Counted from the stretch's first letter, positions 18,400 through 26,047 are shown. The stretch: 64,000 nt of DNA from Solirubrobacterales bacterium (GCA_035760445.1 DASTSW010000014.1:27794-91793); one strand, 5' to 3'. Made by a program: numbers and translations. The notes: a model not told the origin generated them from the sequence alone.

Positions 18400-19005
18400 C
18401 TAGTTCCCGCCACCGACGAAGAAGGTGGCGATCAGGTCCATCAGTTCCGGCGCGGCGTCGAGCAGCTCCGCCTCCTCGCCGCGATCGAGGTGACCGGAGA
18501 CGACCCCCTCCACCGCGCCGACGATGAAGCTCGGGGCCCAGGGCAGCGAAACGTCGGCCGGCGGCGGCTGGCATTGCTCTCCGATCGCCGCGGCCAGACG
18601 CTCGAGCACCTCCTCGTGCTTGGCGAGGGCGGCGGCGCCGACCACGTGCACCTCGCGGACCAGGGCCCGGGCGACGTCGGGCCGCGCGGCGGTGAAGCGC
18701 AGCAGCACGGTCAGGGCCGCCTCGGTCCCCTCGCGCCAGTCGCCCGCACCGCTGCTCGCGGCGAGCATCGCGTCGCACAACGCGTCGGCTTCGAACTCGT
18801 ATGCGGCTGTGAAGCAGGCCTCGAGATCGTCGAACCAGGAGTCGAACTGCTCGGCGCTGGCGCCGCCGCGGACCAGCAGTGCCTCGAGGTCGATCGCCCG
18901 GAAGCCGATCTGGCCGCTCAGCTCCAGCATCGCCCGCTCGGTGCGCCGGCGCGTGTTCGCGTCAGCGCCCGTTCCTTTGCCGGCCTGCGGTCCCTGTTCT
19001 TCCAT
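18400..19005 (-). CDS. TetR/AcrR family transcriptional regulator
   Basis: The ATG at 19005 (MEEQGPQ...) was chosen because the upstream part of the track ORF is an Arg/Leu-rich shadow overlapping the divergent gene. HTH region TRRRTERAMLELSGQIGFRAIDLEALLVRGGASAEQFDSWFDDLEACFTAAYE. Confidence 0.75.
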   Translation of the reverse strand: MEEQGPQAGKGTGADANTRRRTERAMLELSGQIGFRAIDLEALLVRGGASAEQFDSWFDDLEACFTAAYEFEADALCDAMLAASSGAGDWREGTEAALTVLLRFTAARPDVARALVREVHVVGAAALAKHEEVLERLAAAIGEQCQPPPADVSLPWAPSFIVGAVEGVVSGHLDRGEEAELLDAAPELMDLIATFFVGGGN

Positions 19006-19128
19006 ATCGGTGAGTCGCCCGACCGGGATTGCCAGATCCCGTCCCCGGAGCGCGCGACTAGCGGCGAAAACTATAGCCCTCTGTAAGGAAACGTTGCCCC
19101 AACTCTTCGGGCCGGCTATCTTGGGCCA

Positions 19129-19815
19129 ATGAAGCGAGGCCCGGACGAGGCACCTGTCATCCCGCTGGGTCGGCACGGGTTGTCCCCCGACGTGGTCGCC
19201 ACCCATCAGCGTGAGCGGCTGTTCGAGGCGACCGTCGACCTGGTCGCCAAGCGCGGCTACCGCAACACTTCGGTCGACCACATCGTCAAGGCCGCCCGGG
19301 TGGGCTACGTCGCCTTTTACGACCTCTACGCGGGCAAGGAGGAGTGCTTCCTGGCGGCCTTCGACCGGATCGTCGAAGAGGCGACGGAGGAACTCAACCA
19401 GGCGGTGGCGGGCGAGGAGGAGTGGCCCCAGCAAATGGCCGCGGCGCTGGCCTGCCTGCTGGACCTGGCCGCCGCCGACCCGAAGCGGGCCCGGGTCGCC
19501 CTGATCGAGGTCCAGGCGGCCGGCCCCGACGCCTACGCCCGTTACGAGCAGGTCTTCGACCGGGCGGTGCCGAAGCTGCGGGAGGGCCGGGCGCTGAGCG
19601 AGGAGGCGGCGCAGCTTTCGAAGACCCTCGAGGAGGCGGTGCTGGGCGGCGTCGTCTGGCTCGTCCATCAGCAGCTGGTCGTCAAGGGCGAGCTGGCGGA
19701 CACCGAGGCGCTGCTGGGGCAGTCGATTCAAATTGCCCTCTCCCCGTACCTCGGCGACGCCAAGGCCAAGGCGCTCGCCAAGGGGACCCTGCGGGGCCGC
19801 GCGCGTAAAGGATGA
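19129..19815 (+). CDS. TetR/AcrR family transcriptional regulator (1st of a 3-gene TetR operon)
   Basis: PLGRHGLSPDVVATHQRERLFEATVDLVAKRGYRNTSVDHIVKAARVGYVAFYDLYAGKEECFLAAFD. Confidence 0.85.
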   Translation: MKRGPDEAPVIPLGRHGLSPDVVATHQRERLFEATVDLVAKRGYRNTSVDHIVKAARVGYVAFYDLYAGKEECFLAAFDRIVEEATEELNQAVAGEEEWPQQMAAALACLLDLAAADPKRARVALIEVQAAGPDAYARYEQVFDRAVPKLREGRALSEEAAQLSKTLEEAVLGGVVWLVHQQLVVKGELADTEALLGQSIQIALSPYLGDAKAKALAKGTLRGRARKG

Positions 19816-20429
19816 GCGACGGGCAGGTGGCGGAGCGGACCGCCTACACCGAGGCGCTGATCGAGCTCTCCTTCGAGAGCGACTACCAGTCGGTGACGGT
19901 GGATGAGATCGTCGCCCGCGCGGGGGGCAGCAGGGAGGACTTCGAGCGGACCTTCCCCTCGAAGCAGGCCTGCGCCGTCGCCGCGATCGAAGGAGTCATG
20001 GCCAAGAATCTGCGGGTCGTCCAGGCGGCCTTCGACAGCGAGGAGCGCTGGCCGGACTCGCTCCGCGCCGGCGCCTACGCGATGGCCCGGTACGTCGCCG
20101 ACAACCCGAAGGAGATCCGCTTCGGCATGCTGGACATGCTCTGGGCCGGCGAGATGACCGGCGCCCTGCGGGACCAGTTCTTCGGCAAGTTCATCGCGAT
20201 GGTCGAGGCCGGGCGCGATTTCGCCCCGGATCCCGAGGCGGTGCCCGCGCTGGCGGCGGAGAGCGTGGTGGGCTCGATAACCCAGGCACTCGGGCGCTTC
20301 AGCCTCGAACGCGGGGAGGAGCGCGACCCGGTCGCCGCCGTTCCCGAGATGATGTACCTGGCGGTGCGTCCCTACCTCGGCGAGGAGGCCGCGCGAAGGG
20401 AGCTGACGATCCCGCCCCCGAGCGACTGA
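19812..20429 (+). CDS. TetR-like transcriptional regulator (2nd of the 3-gene TetR operon, more divergent)
   Basis: The ATG overlaps the upstream stop (ATGA, 19812-19815). YTEALIELSFESDYQSVTVDEIVARAGGSREDFERTFPSKQACAVAAIE. Confidence 0.75.
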   Translation: MSDGQVAERTAYTEALIELSFESDYQSVTVDEIVARAGGSREDFERTFPSKQACAVAAIEGVMAKNLRVVQAAFDSEERWPDSLRAGAYAMARYVADNPKEIRFGMLDMLWAGEMTGALRDQFFGKFIAMVEAGRDFAPDPEAVPALAAESVVGSITQALGRFSLERGEERDPVAAVPEMMYLAVRPYLGEEAARRELTIPPPSD

Positions 20430-21098
20430 ATGGCAACGAAGAGAAAGACCGAGCCGCAGGGCCTGCCGCGGGGGCGGCACGGTCTGCCGCGCGAGCTGGT
20501 GGTCGAAAACCAGCGGGCGAGGTTGATCAGCAGCATGATCGAGACGGTCGCCGAACTGGGCTACGGGAAGGCGACGGTCGCCAAGGTGACCAAGCCGGCA
20601 AAAGTCTCGCGCCGCACCTTCTACGAGACCTTCTCGAACAAAGAGGACTGCTACCGGGCGGCGTATGAGGCGAGCTTCGAGTATCTGCGAGACCAGGCGC
20701 TCGCCGCGGCCGCCGAGGAAGAGTGGCCGGTCTCGGTCCGCGCCGGGCTGGAGGCGCTGCTCGAGAGCCTCGCCTCCCACCCGAAGCTTGCCTCTTTCTT
20801 CCTCGTCTCGCCGGCCAGCGTCGGCGACGAGGTCGCCGCAAGGCACCACCTGGCGATGCGCGAGCTGGTGGAAACGCTCGTCTCCAAGGCTCCGAAGAGA
20901 ACTGCGGCGGGGATCGCCGCGGAGACGCGGGTCGAGGCCCTCGCGGGGGGCCTCTCGCGGCTCGCGGCGATGAAGGTCAATGCCGGCAAGAGCGGGGAGC
21001 TGCCGGCGCTGCTCCCCGACCTGGTCGAGCTTTTCCTGCGGCCGTTCGTCGGCAGCGAAGACGCGATTCGAGTCGCCTGGGGCGACGGGTGTCGCTGA
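20430..21098 (+). CDS. TetR/AcrR family transcriptional regulator (3rd of the 3-gene TetR operon)
   Basis: The ATG directly abuts the upstream TGA (20427-20432 = TGAATG). LPRGRHGLPRELVVENQRARLISSMIETVAELGYGKATVAKVTKPAKVSRRTFYETFSNKEDCYRAAYE. Confidence 0.85.
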   Translation: MATKRKTEPQGLPRGRHGLPRELVVENQRARLISSMIETVAELGYGKATVAKVTKPAKVSRRTFYETFSNKEDCYRAAYEASFEYLRDQALAAAAEEEWPVSVRAGLEALLESLASHPKLASFFLVSPASVGDEVAARHHLAMRELVETLVSKAPKRTAAGIAAETRVEALAGGLSRLAAMKVNAGKSGELPALLPDLVELFLRPFVGSEDAIRVAWGDGCR

Positions 21099-21258
21099 CG
21101 CCACTTCCGGCTTCTTAGTCCTCATCAAGTCCCCGTTCCCTGGTCCCCGTGGCTCGCGAACAAACGCGACGCTCTGTCCAAGATAGAGATGAGAGCATTT
21201 CCATGTCAAGGTTTTATTGGTCGAATGTGAGCCAGTAACCCGCTCTGCTGAAGAAAGT

Positions 21259-21281
21259 GGGGCGCTTTTGTGAAGCGCCCC
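21259..21281. terminator. stable hairpin in a 308-nt non-coding gap; strand ambiguous
   Basis: GGGGCGCTT-TTGTG-AAGCGCCCC is a perfect 9-bp stem. There is no T-tract on the + strand, and a CTTTCTTC run follows it on the - strand. Confidence 0.3.
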
Positions 21282-21406
21282 GTACCTAAGTCCAATTTCC
21301 CTGCCCTGAGACTTGACAAGGCAGCGTCTGTCTGTTCTGCTCTTCCACCGGAGAGGGAAACTGTTTTTGAGTAGAGCACTCGCGTATTTGGACCGGGAGG
21401 GAATGG

Positions 21407-21823
21407 ATGAGGCAGGGCTTGTGCATCGTGTTTCTGCTCGCGCTGCTCGCGCTCGCGGGCTGTGGTGGCGGCGCTGACGACACCGACTCGAGCCAGTCGA
21501 GAGGGTCGACGTCAACGACTTCCTCTGGCCGTGGGCCTGCCTCACGTCCGCCCACTGAGCAGGCGCGTGCCTGGCGGGCCAGGGGACGTGCCGCCTGCGA
21601 GGGGATGCAGCCGGCGGAAGCCGCCCTCCACTTCAAGGCGGCGGCTGAACAGGCCGGCGCGCACGGGCGCTTCGTCGAATTGGTGACCAAGCCGCCCCCC
21701 GCCGTCGAGCAGTCGCCCGGCTACCCCAGGCTCGTCGCCGCGTTCTATGCGACGGCCTTGCCCCCACCCCAGCGCGCGCTGGCCGCGGCCGGCTGCGCCG
21801 AAGAGCTTGCCGCCCGTGATTAG
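21407..21823 (+). CDS. lipoprotein (hypothetical)
   Basis: MRQGLCIVFLLALLALAGCGGG is a signal peptide with lipobox LAGC. GGGAGG lies upstream of the ATG. Third-position G+C is high in this frame. Confidence 0.7.
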   Translation: MRQGLCIVFLLALLALAGCGGGADDTDSSQSRGSTSTTSSGRGPASRPPTEQARAWRARGRAACEGMQPAEAALHFKAAAEQAGAHGRFVELVTKPPPAVEQSPGYPRLVAAFYATALPPPQRALAAAGCAEELAARD

Positions 21824-21901
21824 GGCGCAAGGCCCGCCCGCTCGGGCGGAGCAAGTCCAGTCCGTCGCAACAGCGGCGGTACCACCAGAAAGGCAGTACA
21901 A

Positions 21902-22519
21902 ATGAAGCGGAAGTTCGCAGTCCTCACCGTCCTGGGGGCGCTCCTCGCGCTTGCCGTACCGGCGAGCTCGATGGCGAGCATGTCCCCGGCGGCTCACCAG
22001 TTCGAAATCTCGGGCAACTCGCCCAAGCTCGGAACCTCGCTCGGTTCCTGCACGATCACCAAAATAAGCGGGACGATCCCGGCGTCTCCGGCGAACGAAA
22101 CGGAAACCGTGTTTCCGATCTCGACGCCGACCGTCGGGACCTGCACCTCTGGGACCACCCTGACTTTGGGAGGCACCTGGAACTTCGGCGGGATCAACTA
22201 CCTGGTTCACCTGGGCGGTGCCGCCGCAACGTTGACGATGAAATTCAGCTCGCTGCCGAATTGCAAGCTCTCCTCGACCAACCCTGGGCTGTACGGGGTC
22301 TGGAGCAACGGTGCGGCCACCCCGAAACTGCTCAAGTCGAGCTACCACGCCCATTCCGCCAGCGCTCTGACCTGGAGCAACGACGGCGGCACCTGCGCCA
22401 GCGCGGGCAAAACCGAAACCCTCACCTGGTCCGCGGAAGGCTCTGGGATTGCCACCGCTTCGACGGTGACGGATCTGACCAGCCCGACCTCGGTCGTGGT
22501 CGTCGGCGCGAACAAATAG
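21902..22519 (+). CDS. small secreted Cys-containing Thr/Ser-rich protein (hypothetical)
   Basis: Signal peptide MKRKFAVLTVLGALLALAVPASSMA. Followed by a strong intrinsic terminator at 22545-22579. Confidence 0.75.
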   Translation: MKRKFAVLTVLGALLALAVPASSMASMSPAAHQFEISGNSPKLGTSLGSCTITKISGTIPASPANETETVFPISTPTVGTCTSGTTLTLGGTWNFGGINYLVHLGGAAATLTMKFSSLPNCKLSSTNPGLYGVWSNGAATPKLLKSSYHAHSASALTWSNDGGTCASAGKTETLTWSAEGSGIATASTVTDLTSPTSVVVVGANK

Positions 22520-22544
22520 CCCCGAGCTAGAAGTTCGTGTCTCG

Positions 22545-22579
22545 GAGCGGGGCGTCGTCAGACGCCCCGCTCTTTCGTC
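22545..22579 (+). terminator. rho-independent terminator after the small secreted protein gene
   Basis: GAGCGGGGCGTC-GTCA-GACGCCCCGCTC is a perfect 12-bp stem followed by TTTCGTC, 26 nt after the stop at 22519. Confidence 0.6.
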
Positions 22580-22601
22580 GGCTGCATCTAATGTCTCGCC
22601 G

Positions 22602-24473
22602 ATGGTCGTCACGCCCTGGGGGGATTCGGAAGCGCTACGGGAGCGAATGCTCACTCCCGGCCCCTCGAACGACCGCGAGGCCGCTGCCGAGAACCAGCGG
22701 CAGCGCCTGTTCGGGGCAATGGTCGCCAGCGTAGCCGAGCGCGGTTACGCGAACACCCGGGTCGCCGACCTGGTCGAGGTCTCCGGCGTCTCGCTGCGCA
22801 GCTTCTACGACCTCTTCGCCGACAAGCAGTCGTGCTTCGCGGCGGCCGTCGACTCCCTCACCCAGTCGACCATCGACCTGGTCCTCGAAGCACCGCCCGA
22901 GGACGACTGGGAGGAGGACTCCAAGCTCCGGCTGCAGACGATCGCCTCGCTGGTCGAGGCGCAACCGGCGGCGGCGAGGATGTGCCTCGTCGAGGCCTAC
23001 GCGGCTGGACCCCAAACGACCGGCCTGGTCGAAGAGGCTGCGGCCCGGATCGAGAGGCTGATCCGCGAGCGGCTGGCAGCGTCTCCGCGGTGGTCCGAGA
23101 TGCCGCCGGAGCTGGCGTCGGTCGCGGTCGGCGCGATCCTCGAGACGTTCAGGTCCCGCCTGATCGGCGGGCGGGTGAAGCAGATCCCAGCGAGTGCTCA
23201 GCAGCTGGCGACCCTGTTCCTCGGCTACGAGCCGCCGGCGCGGCCGCTCCGCTCCGCCGCGCGAGCACCGGAGGTGAGACCGGAGGAACTGGAAGCGAGC
23301 GACCACGCCGAGCGGGCGCTGCGGGCCTTTGAAGCGCTGCTGACCCACCAGCCGTACGCCGAGACGACGATGGAGCAGGTGGCCAAGCGGGCTGGCATGT
23401 CGGTGCGGACGCTGTACGCCAACTTCGCCGGAAGGGACGAGCTGCTGCTGGCGGCGATCGACAGCGCCGGCGCCCAAGCCGTGGCCGCGGCGCTGCCGGC
23501 CTATCGACGCGAGGCCAGCCCAGCGGAGGGAATCAGGGCCGCGGTCACCGCCCTGCTCGGGCTCCTCGCATCCCGCCCTAACCTCGCCCACCTCTTGCTC
23601 ACCGGGACCTACGAAGGGGGCGCAGCGGCACTGCGTCGTCGCTCGGAAGCATTGCGGCCGCTGGAAGCGATGCTGACTCGAGCCGCTCCCAGCCAGCTTT
23701 CCGTTTCCCGCGTGCTGCTGTCAGAAGCGGTGCTGGGTGGCCTTCTCTGGCTGGCTCGCAGGCGGATTGCCGAGGCCGGTCCCGGCGCCCTGCTCGGCCT
23801 CGCGCCGATCTGCACCTACATCGCCCTGGGGCCCCTGCTGGGCGCGGAGCAGGCGACGGCAGCGGCGGAAGGCAAGAGCTACCGGCGACAGGCACCCGAT
23901 CTCGCCCAATCGCTGCGGGTTTCGGCGACCAATCCGCATACGGTACGAGTGCTAAGCCTGTTGAGCCAGGAACCGCTCTCGGTCGAGGGTCTTGCCGAGA
24001 AAGCCGCCCTGCCTCGGGAGGAGATCGAGGCCCAGGTCGGCAGGCTTAAAGAGGCCGGCGTGATCGAGCCGGCACCGGGAGCCGCGGCGGGCGGTCCGCC
24101 CGTGTACCAGTCCCGCTGGCCCGTCTGGAGCACCGCGGAGTGGGAGCGGCGCAGCCAGTCCGAGCGCGAAGCCCTGTCGGCGGAGATCAACGCGGCGATG
24201 CGGGTGGAGATCGACGACGCCGTCGCCGCCGGCAGCTTCGATCTCCACCCCGAGCGCTTTCTCGTCCGCCTGCCCCTCTGGATCGACGAGCAGGGCTGGC
24301 GGGAGCTCCACGATGCACTGAACCTCTCGCTCGAGGAGTGCCAATCGATTCAGCGGCGCGCCAGACGGCGGCTGGAAGAAGGAGAGTCGGCTTCCGATGG
24401 CTTCCCGGTCCGGGTGCACCTCGTCTCCTTCGAGCCGGCTCCTCCCGAGCAGGAACCGGGCGGCGAGCCCTAG
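22602..24473 (+). CDS. single-chain tandem TetR-TetR regulator fused to a C-terminal ArsR-like winged-helix module
   Basis: TetR HTH 1: ENQRQRLFGAMVASVAERGYANTRVADLVEVSGVSLRSFYDLFADKQSCFAAAVD. TetR HTH 2: ERALRAFEALLTHQPYAETTMEQVAKRAGMSVRTLYANFAGRDELLLAAID. The C-terminal ~190 aa (NPHTVRVLSLLSQEPLSVEGLAEKAALPREEIEAQVGRLKEAGVIE...IDEQGWRELHDAL) parallel the stand-alone gene at 37349-37954. Confidence 0.8.
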   Translation: MVVTPWGDSEALRERMLTPGPSNDREAAAENQRQRLFGAMVASVAERGYANTRVADLVEVSGVSLRSFYDLFADKQSCFAAAVDSLTQSTIDLVLEAPPEDDWEEDSKLRLQTIASLVEAQPAAARMCLVEAYAAGPQTTGLVEEAAARIERLIRERLAASPRWSEMPPELASVAVGAILETFRSRLIGGRVKQIPASAQQLATLFLGYEPPARPLRSAARAPEVRPEELEASDHAERALRAFEALLTHQPYAETTMEQVAKRAGMSVRTLYANFAGRDELLLAAIDSAGAQAVAAALPAYRREASPAEGIRAAVTALLGLLASRPNLAHLLLTGTYEGGAAALRRRSEALRPLEAMLTRAAPSQLSVSRVLLSEAVLGGLLWLARRRIAEAGPGALLGLAPICTYIALGPLLGAEQATAAAEGKSYRRQAPDLAQSLRVSATNPHTVRVLSLLSQEPLSVEGLAEKAALPREEIEAQVGRLKEAGVIEPAPGAAAGGPPVYQSRWPVWSTAEWERRSQSEREALSAEINAAMRVEIDDAVAAGSFDLHPERFLVRLPLWIDEQGWRELHDALNLSLEECQSIQRRARRRLEEGESASDGFPVRVHLVSFEPAPPEQEPGGEP

Positions 24474-25027
24474 GCGGCGCCGCGCCGCTCGCGATACCGC
24501 CGCGTCTTCTCGCGGTTGCCGCACTCCTCCATCGAGCACCAGGTGCGGGAGCGGTTGCGCGTGCTGTCGAAGAAGGCCCACTGGCAGCCGTCGTCAGTGC
24601 AGGCCTTGAGGCGGGGCCAGGCGCCTCGGGCCTGGAGGCACTCGATCGCCAGCAGGAGGCGGGCTTTGAAGCCGCTGAGGTCGGCGCGGGCGGGGACGAG
24701 CTGCAGGCGGCCGTCGGCGCCGATGGTAGTGCGGTAGCGGCTGTGCTCGGCGGCCTCGCGCAGCGCCGCCAGCTCCCGCGCGCCCGCCTCGCCGCCGTTG
24801 TTGGCCCGCAGGAAGGCGCGAAGCGATTCGCGCAGCGCCAAGACCCGCGCATGCGCCTCCTCGTCGGGGGCAGGCAGGTATTCGCCGGTCTGCTCCTCGA
24901 CCCAGTTCCGCAGGCTCCCGGGGTCGCCAATCTCGTCGGCCCCCTCCTCGAGGTCCCTGGTGTTGACGAAGGCGATGAGGAGATCGGCCGCTGCCTGGTC
25001 CGATTTATTAAGTCGGGTTGACACCAT
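24470..25027 (-). CDS. CGNR zinc-finger domain protein (ABATE + zf-CGNR)
   Basis: C-terminal CTDDGCQWAFFDSTRNRSRTWCSMEECGNREKTRRYRER. Its stop shares the palindrome CCTAGG with the convergent gene. Confidence 0.85.
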   Translation of the reverse strand: MVSTRLNKSDQAAADLLIAFVNTRDLEEGADEIGDPGSLRNWVEEQTGEYLPAPDEEAHARVLALRESLRAFLRANNGGEAGARELAALREAAEHSRYRTTIGADGRLQLVPARADLSGFKARLLLAIECLQARGAWPRLKACTDDGCQWAFFDSTRNRSRTWCSMEECGNREKTRRYRERRGAA

Positions 25028-25052
25028 CTAACAATGTTAGCTAGTGTTGTGT

Positions 25053-25079
25053 ACACCGGCAAGTCCAGATAGCCGGTGT
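25053..25079. promoter_or_regulatory. inverted repeat (operator or hairpin candidate) between the CGNR and uORF/GNAT genes
   Basis: ACACCGGC-N11-GCCGGTGT, a perfect 8-bp repeat, sits next to the AT-rich CTAACAATGTTAG. Confidence 0.3.
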
Positions 25080-25103
25080 CGAACACTTCGAGAGGAGGCC
25101 GAA

Positions 25104-25217
25104 ATGAGATTCCTAGCAAGCCTAACCCTCGCCAACGCAGCCGAGTCCCACCGCCGAATGCGGGAGATGGCGGAGCGCGACCGCCAGGTGCGCGGTCATC
25201 CTCGTCGCCATCGATGA
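25104..25217 (+). CDS. 37-codon upstream ORF translationally coupled to the GNAT gene (putative)
   Basis: ATG at 25104 follows GAGAGGAGG (25090-25098). Translation MRFLASLTLANAAESHRRMREMAERDRQVRGHPRRHR. Its TGA overlaps the GNAT ATG (ATGA, 25214-25217), and the GNAT start has no SD of its own. Confidence 0.35.
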   Translation: MRFLASLTLANAAESHRRMREMAERDRQVRGHPRRHR

Positions 25218-25522
25218 TCGCGGTAGCCGACAACCCGGGGGAGGGTCGCTACGAGATCCGGGTCGATGGCGAGCTCGCCGGCTTTAGCCAGTACCGCCTC
25301 CGCCCGGAGGCTTTGGCCTTCATCCACACCGAGGTAGACGATCGCTTCGAAGGCCAGGGCCTCGGGGGCCAGCTGATCTCGTTTGCGCTCGACGACGTCC
25401 GCTCGCGCGGCCTCGCCGTCCTCCCCTTCTGCCCTTTCGTCAAGGGCTACATCGAGCGCCACCCCGAGTACCTGGACCTAGTCCCTGCCGAGAAGCGCGG
25501 GGACTTCGGCCTGGGCGACTAA
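25214..25522 (+). CDS. GNAT family N-acetyltransferase (YjdJ-type, ~100 aa)
   Basis: MIAVADNPGEGRYEIRVDGELAGFSQYRL...FIHTEVDDRFEGQGLGGQLISFALDDVRSRGLAVLPFCPFVKGYIERHPEYLDLV. The upstream part of the track ORF has low third-position G+C. Confidence 0.8.
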   Translation: MIAVADNPGEGRYEIRVDGELAGFSQYRLRPEALAFIHTEVDDRFEGQGLGGQLISFALDDVRSRGLAVLPFCPFVKGYIERHPEYLDLVPAEKRGDFGLGD

Positions 25523-26037
25523 CCGAGGCGCTCTTTCAGGTACAGCAGCGCGATCACGGTCGTGGCGTCGCGGATATCCGGCAGGGCCTGCTCGATCTCG
25601 GAGAGGTCGAGGCGGACGATCTCGATCTCCTCGTCGTCGTCACGCTCGCCGGTGGCGGGTGAGAGGGCGGTCGCCTCGAAGATCGTCACCTTCTCGGTGA
25701 GGAAGCCGGGGCTGGGATAGATGACGTGGAGCACGCTCCAGTTCTCGGCCCGCAGCTCCGCCTCCTCGGCCAGCTCCCGCTTCGCGCATTCGAGCTCGTC
25801 CTCGCCCTCGACGTCGAGCGTCCCGGCCGGGATCTCCAGCAGCTCGTCCTCCTCGACCGCCTCGCGCGGCTGCGCCACCAGGTAGGCGAACTCCTCGTCG
25901 TGGGCTAGCACCGCGACCGAGCCCGGGTGCTCGACGACCTCCCGCTCGACCTCGGTCCCGTCCTCGCGCCGGTAGCGCTTGGCGACGAAGTCGACGTGCT
26001 TGCCCTCGTGCAGGACCTCGGTCTCCAGCAGCCTCAC
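25519..26037 (-). CDS. NUDIX hydrolase (ADP-ribose pyrophosphatase-like)
   Basis: Nudix box GTLDVEGEDELECAKRELAEEAEL. Confidence 0.85.
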   Translation of the reverse strand: MRLLETEVLHEGKHVDFVAKRYRREDGTEVEREVVEHPGSVAVLAHDEEFAYLVAQPREAVEEDELLEIPAGTLDVEGEDELECAKRELAEEAELRAENWSVLHVIYPSPGFLTEKVTIFEATALSPATGERDDDEEIEIVRLDLSEIEQALPDIRDATTVIALLYLKERLG

Positions 26038-26047
26038 GCGTTGCAGC

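Noticed and set aside
18212-18778. N-terminal extensions of track ORFs: 14834-18778 (189 extra codons), 18400-19731 (242 extra), 12111-15053 (72 extra), 43775-45280, 27561-28625, 38089-38682 and 53912-54613.
   Set aside because: The extensions are Arg-rich with no signal or domain content. They overlap neighbouring genes or promoters. Internal starts are supported by an SD sequence, a 4-nt start/stop overlap, or the beginning of a signal peptide or conserved N-terminus.
21286-21690. A 134-aa minus-strand ORF that ends 5 nt from the 21259-21281 hairpin.
   Set aside because: It is antisense to the lipoprotein gene, which has a canonical LAGC lipobox and better codon bias. Its own translation (CAPACSAAALKWRAASAGC...) looks like a shadow frame. 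The proximity to the hairpin is probably coincidental.
25076-25213. A longer (148-aa) version of the GNAT gene starting at GTG 25076.
   Set aside because: The extra 46 codons have low third-position G+C and a Ser/Pro/Arg-rich nonsense-like sequence. YjdJ-type GNATs are ~100 aa, and another frame (the uORF) fits this stretch better.
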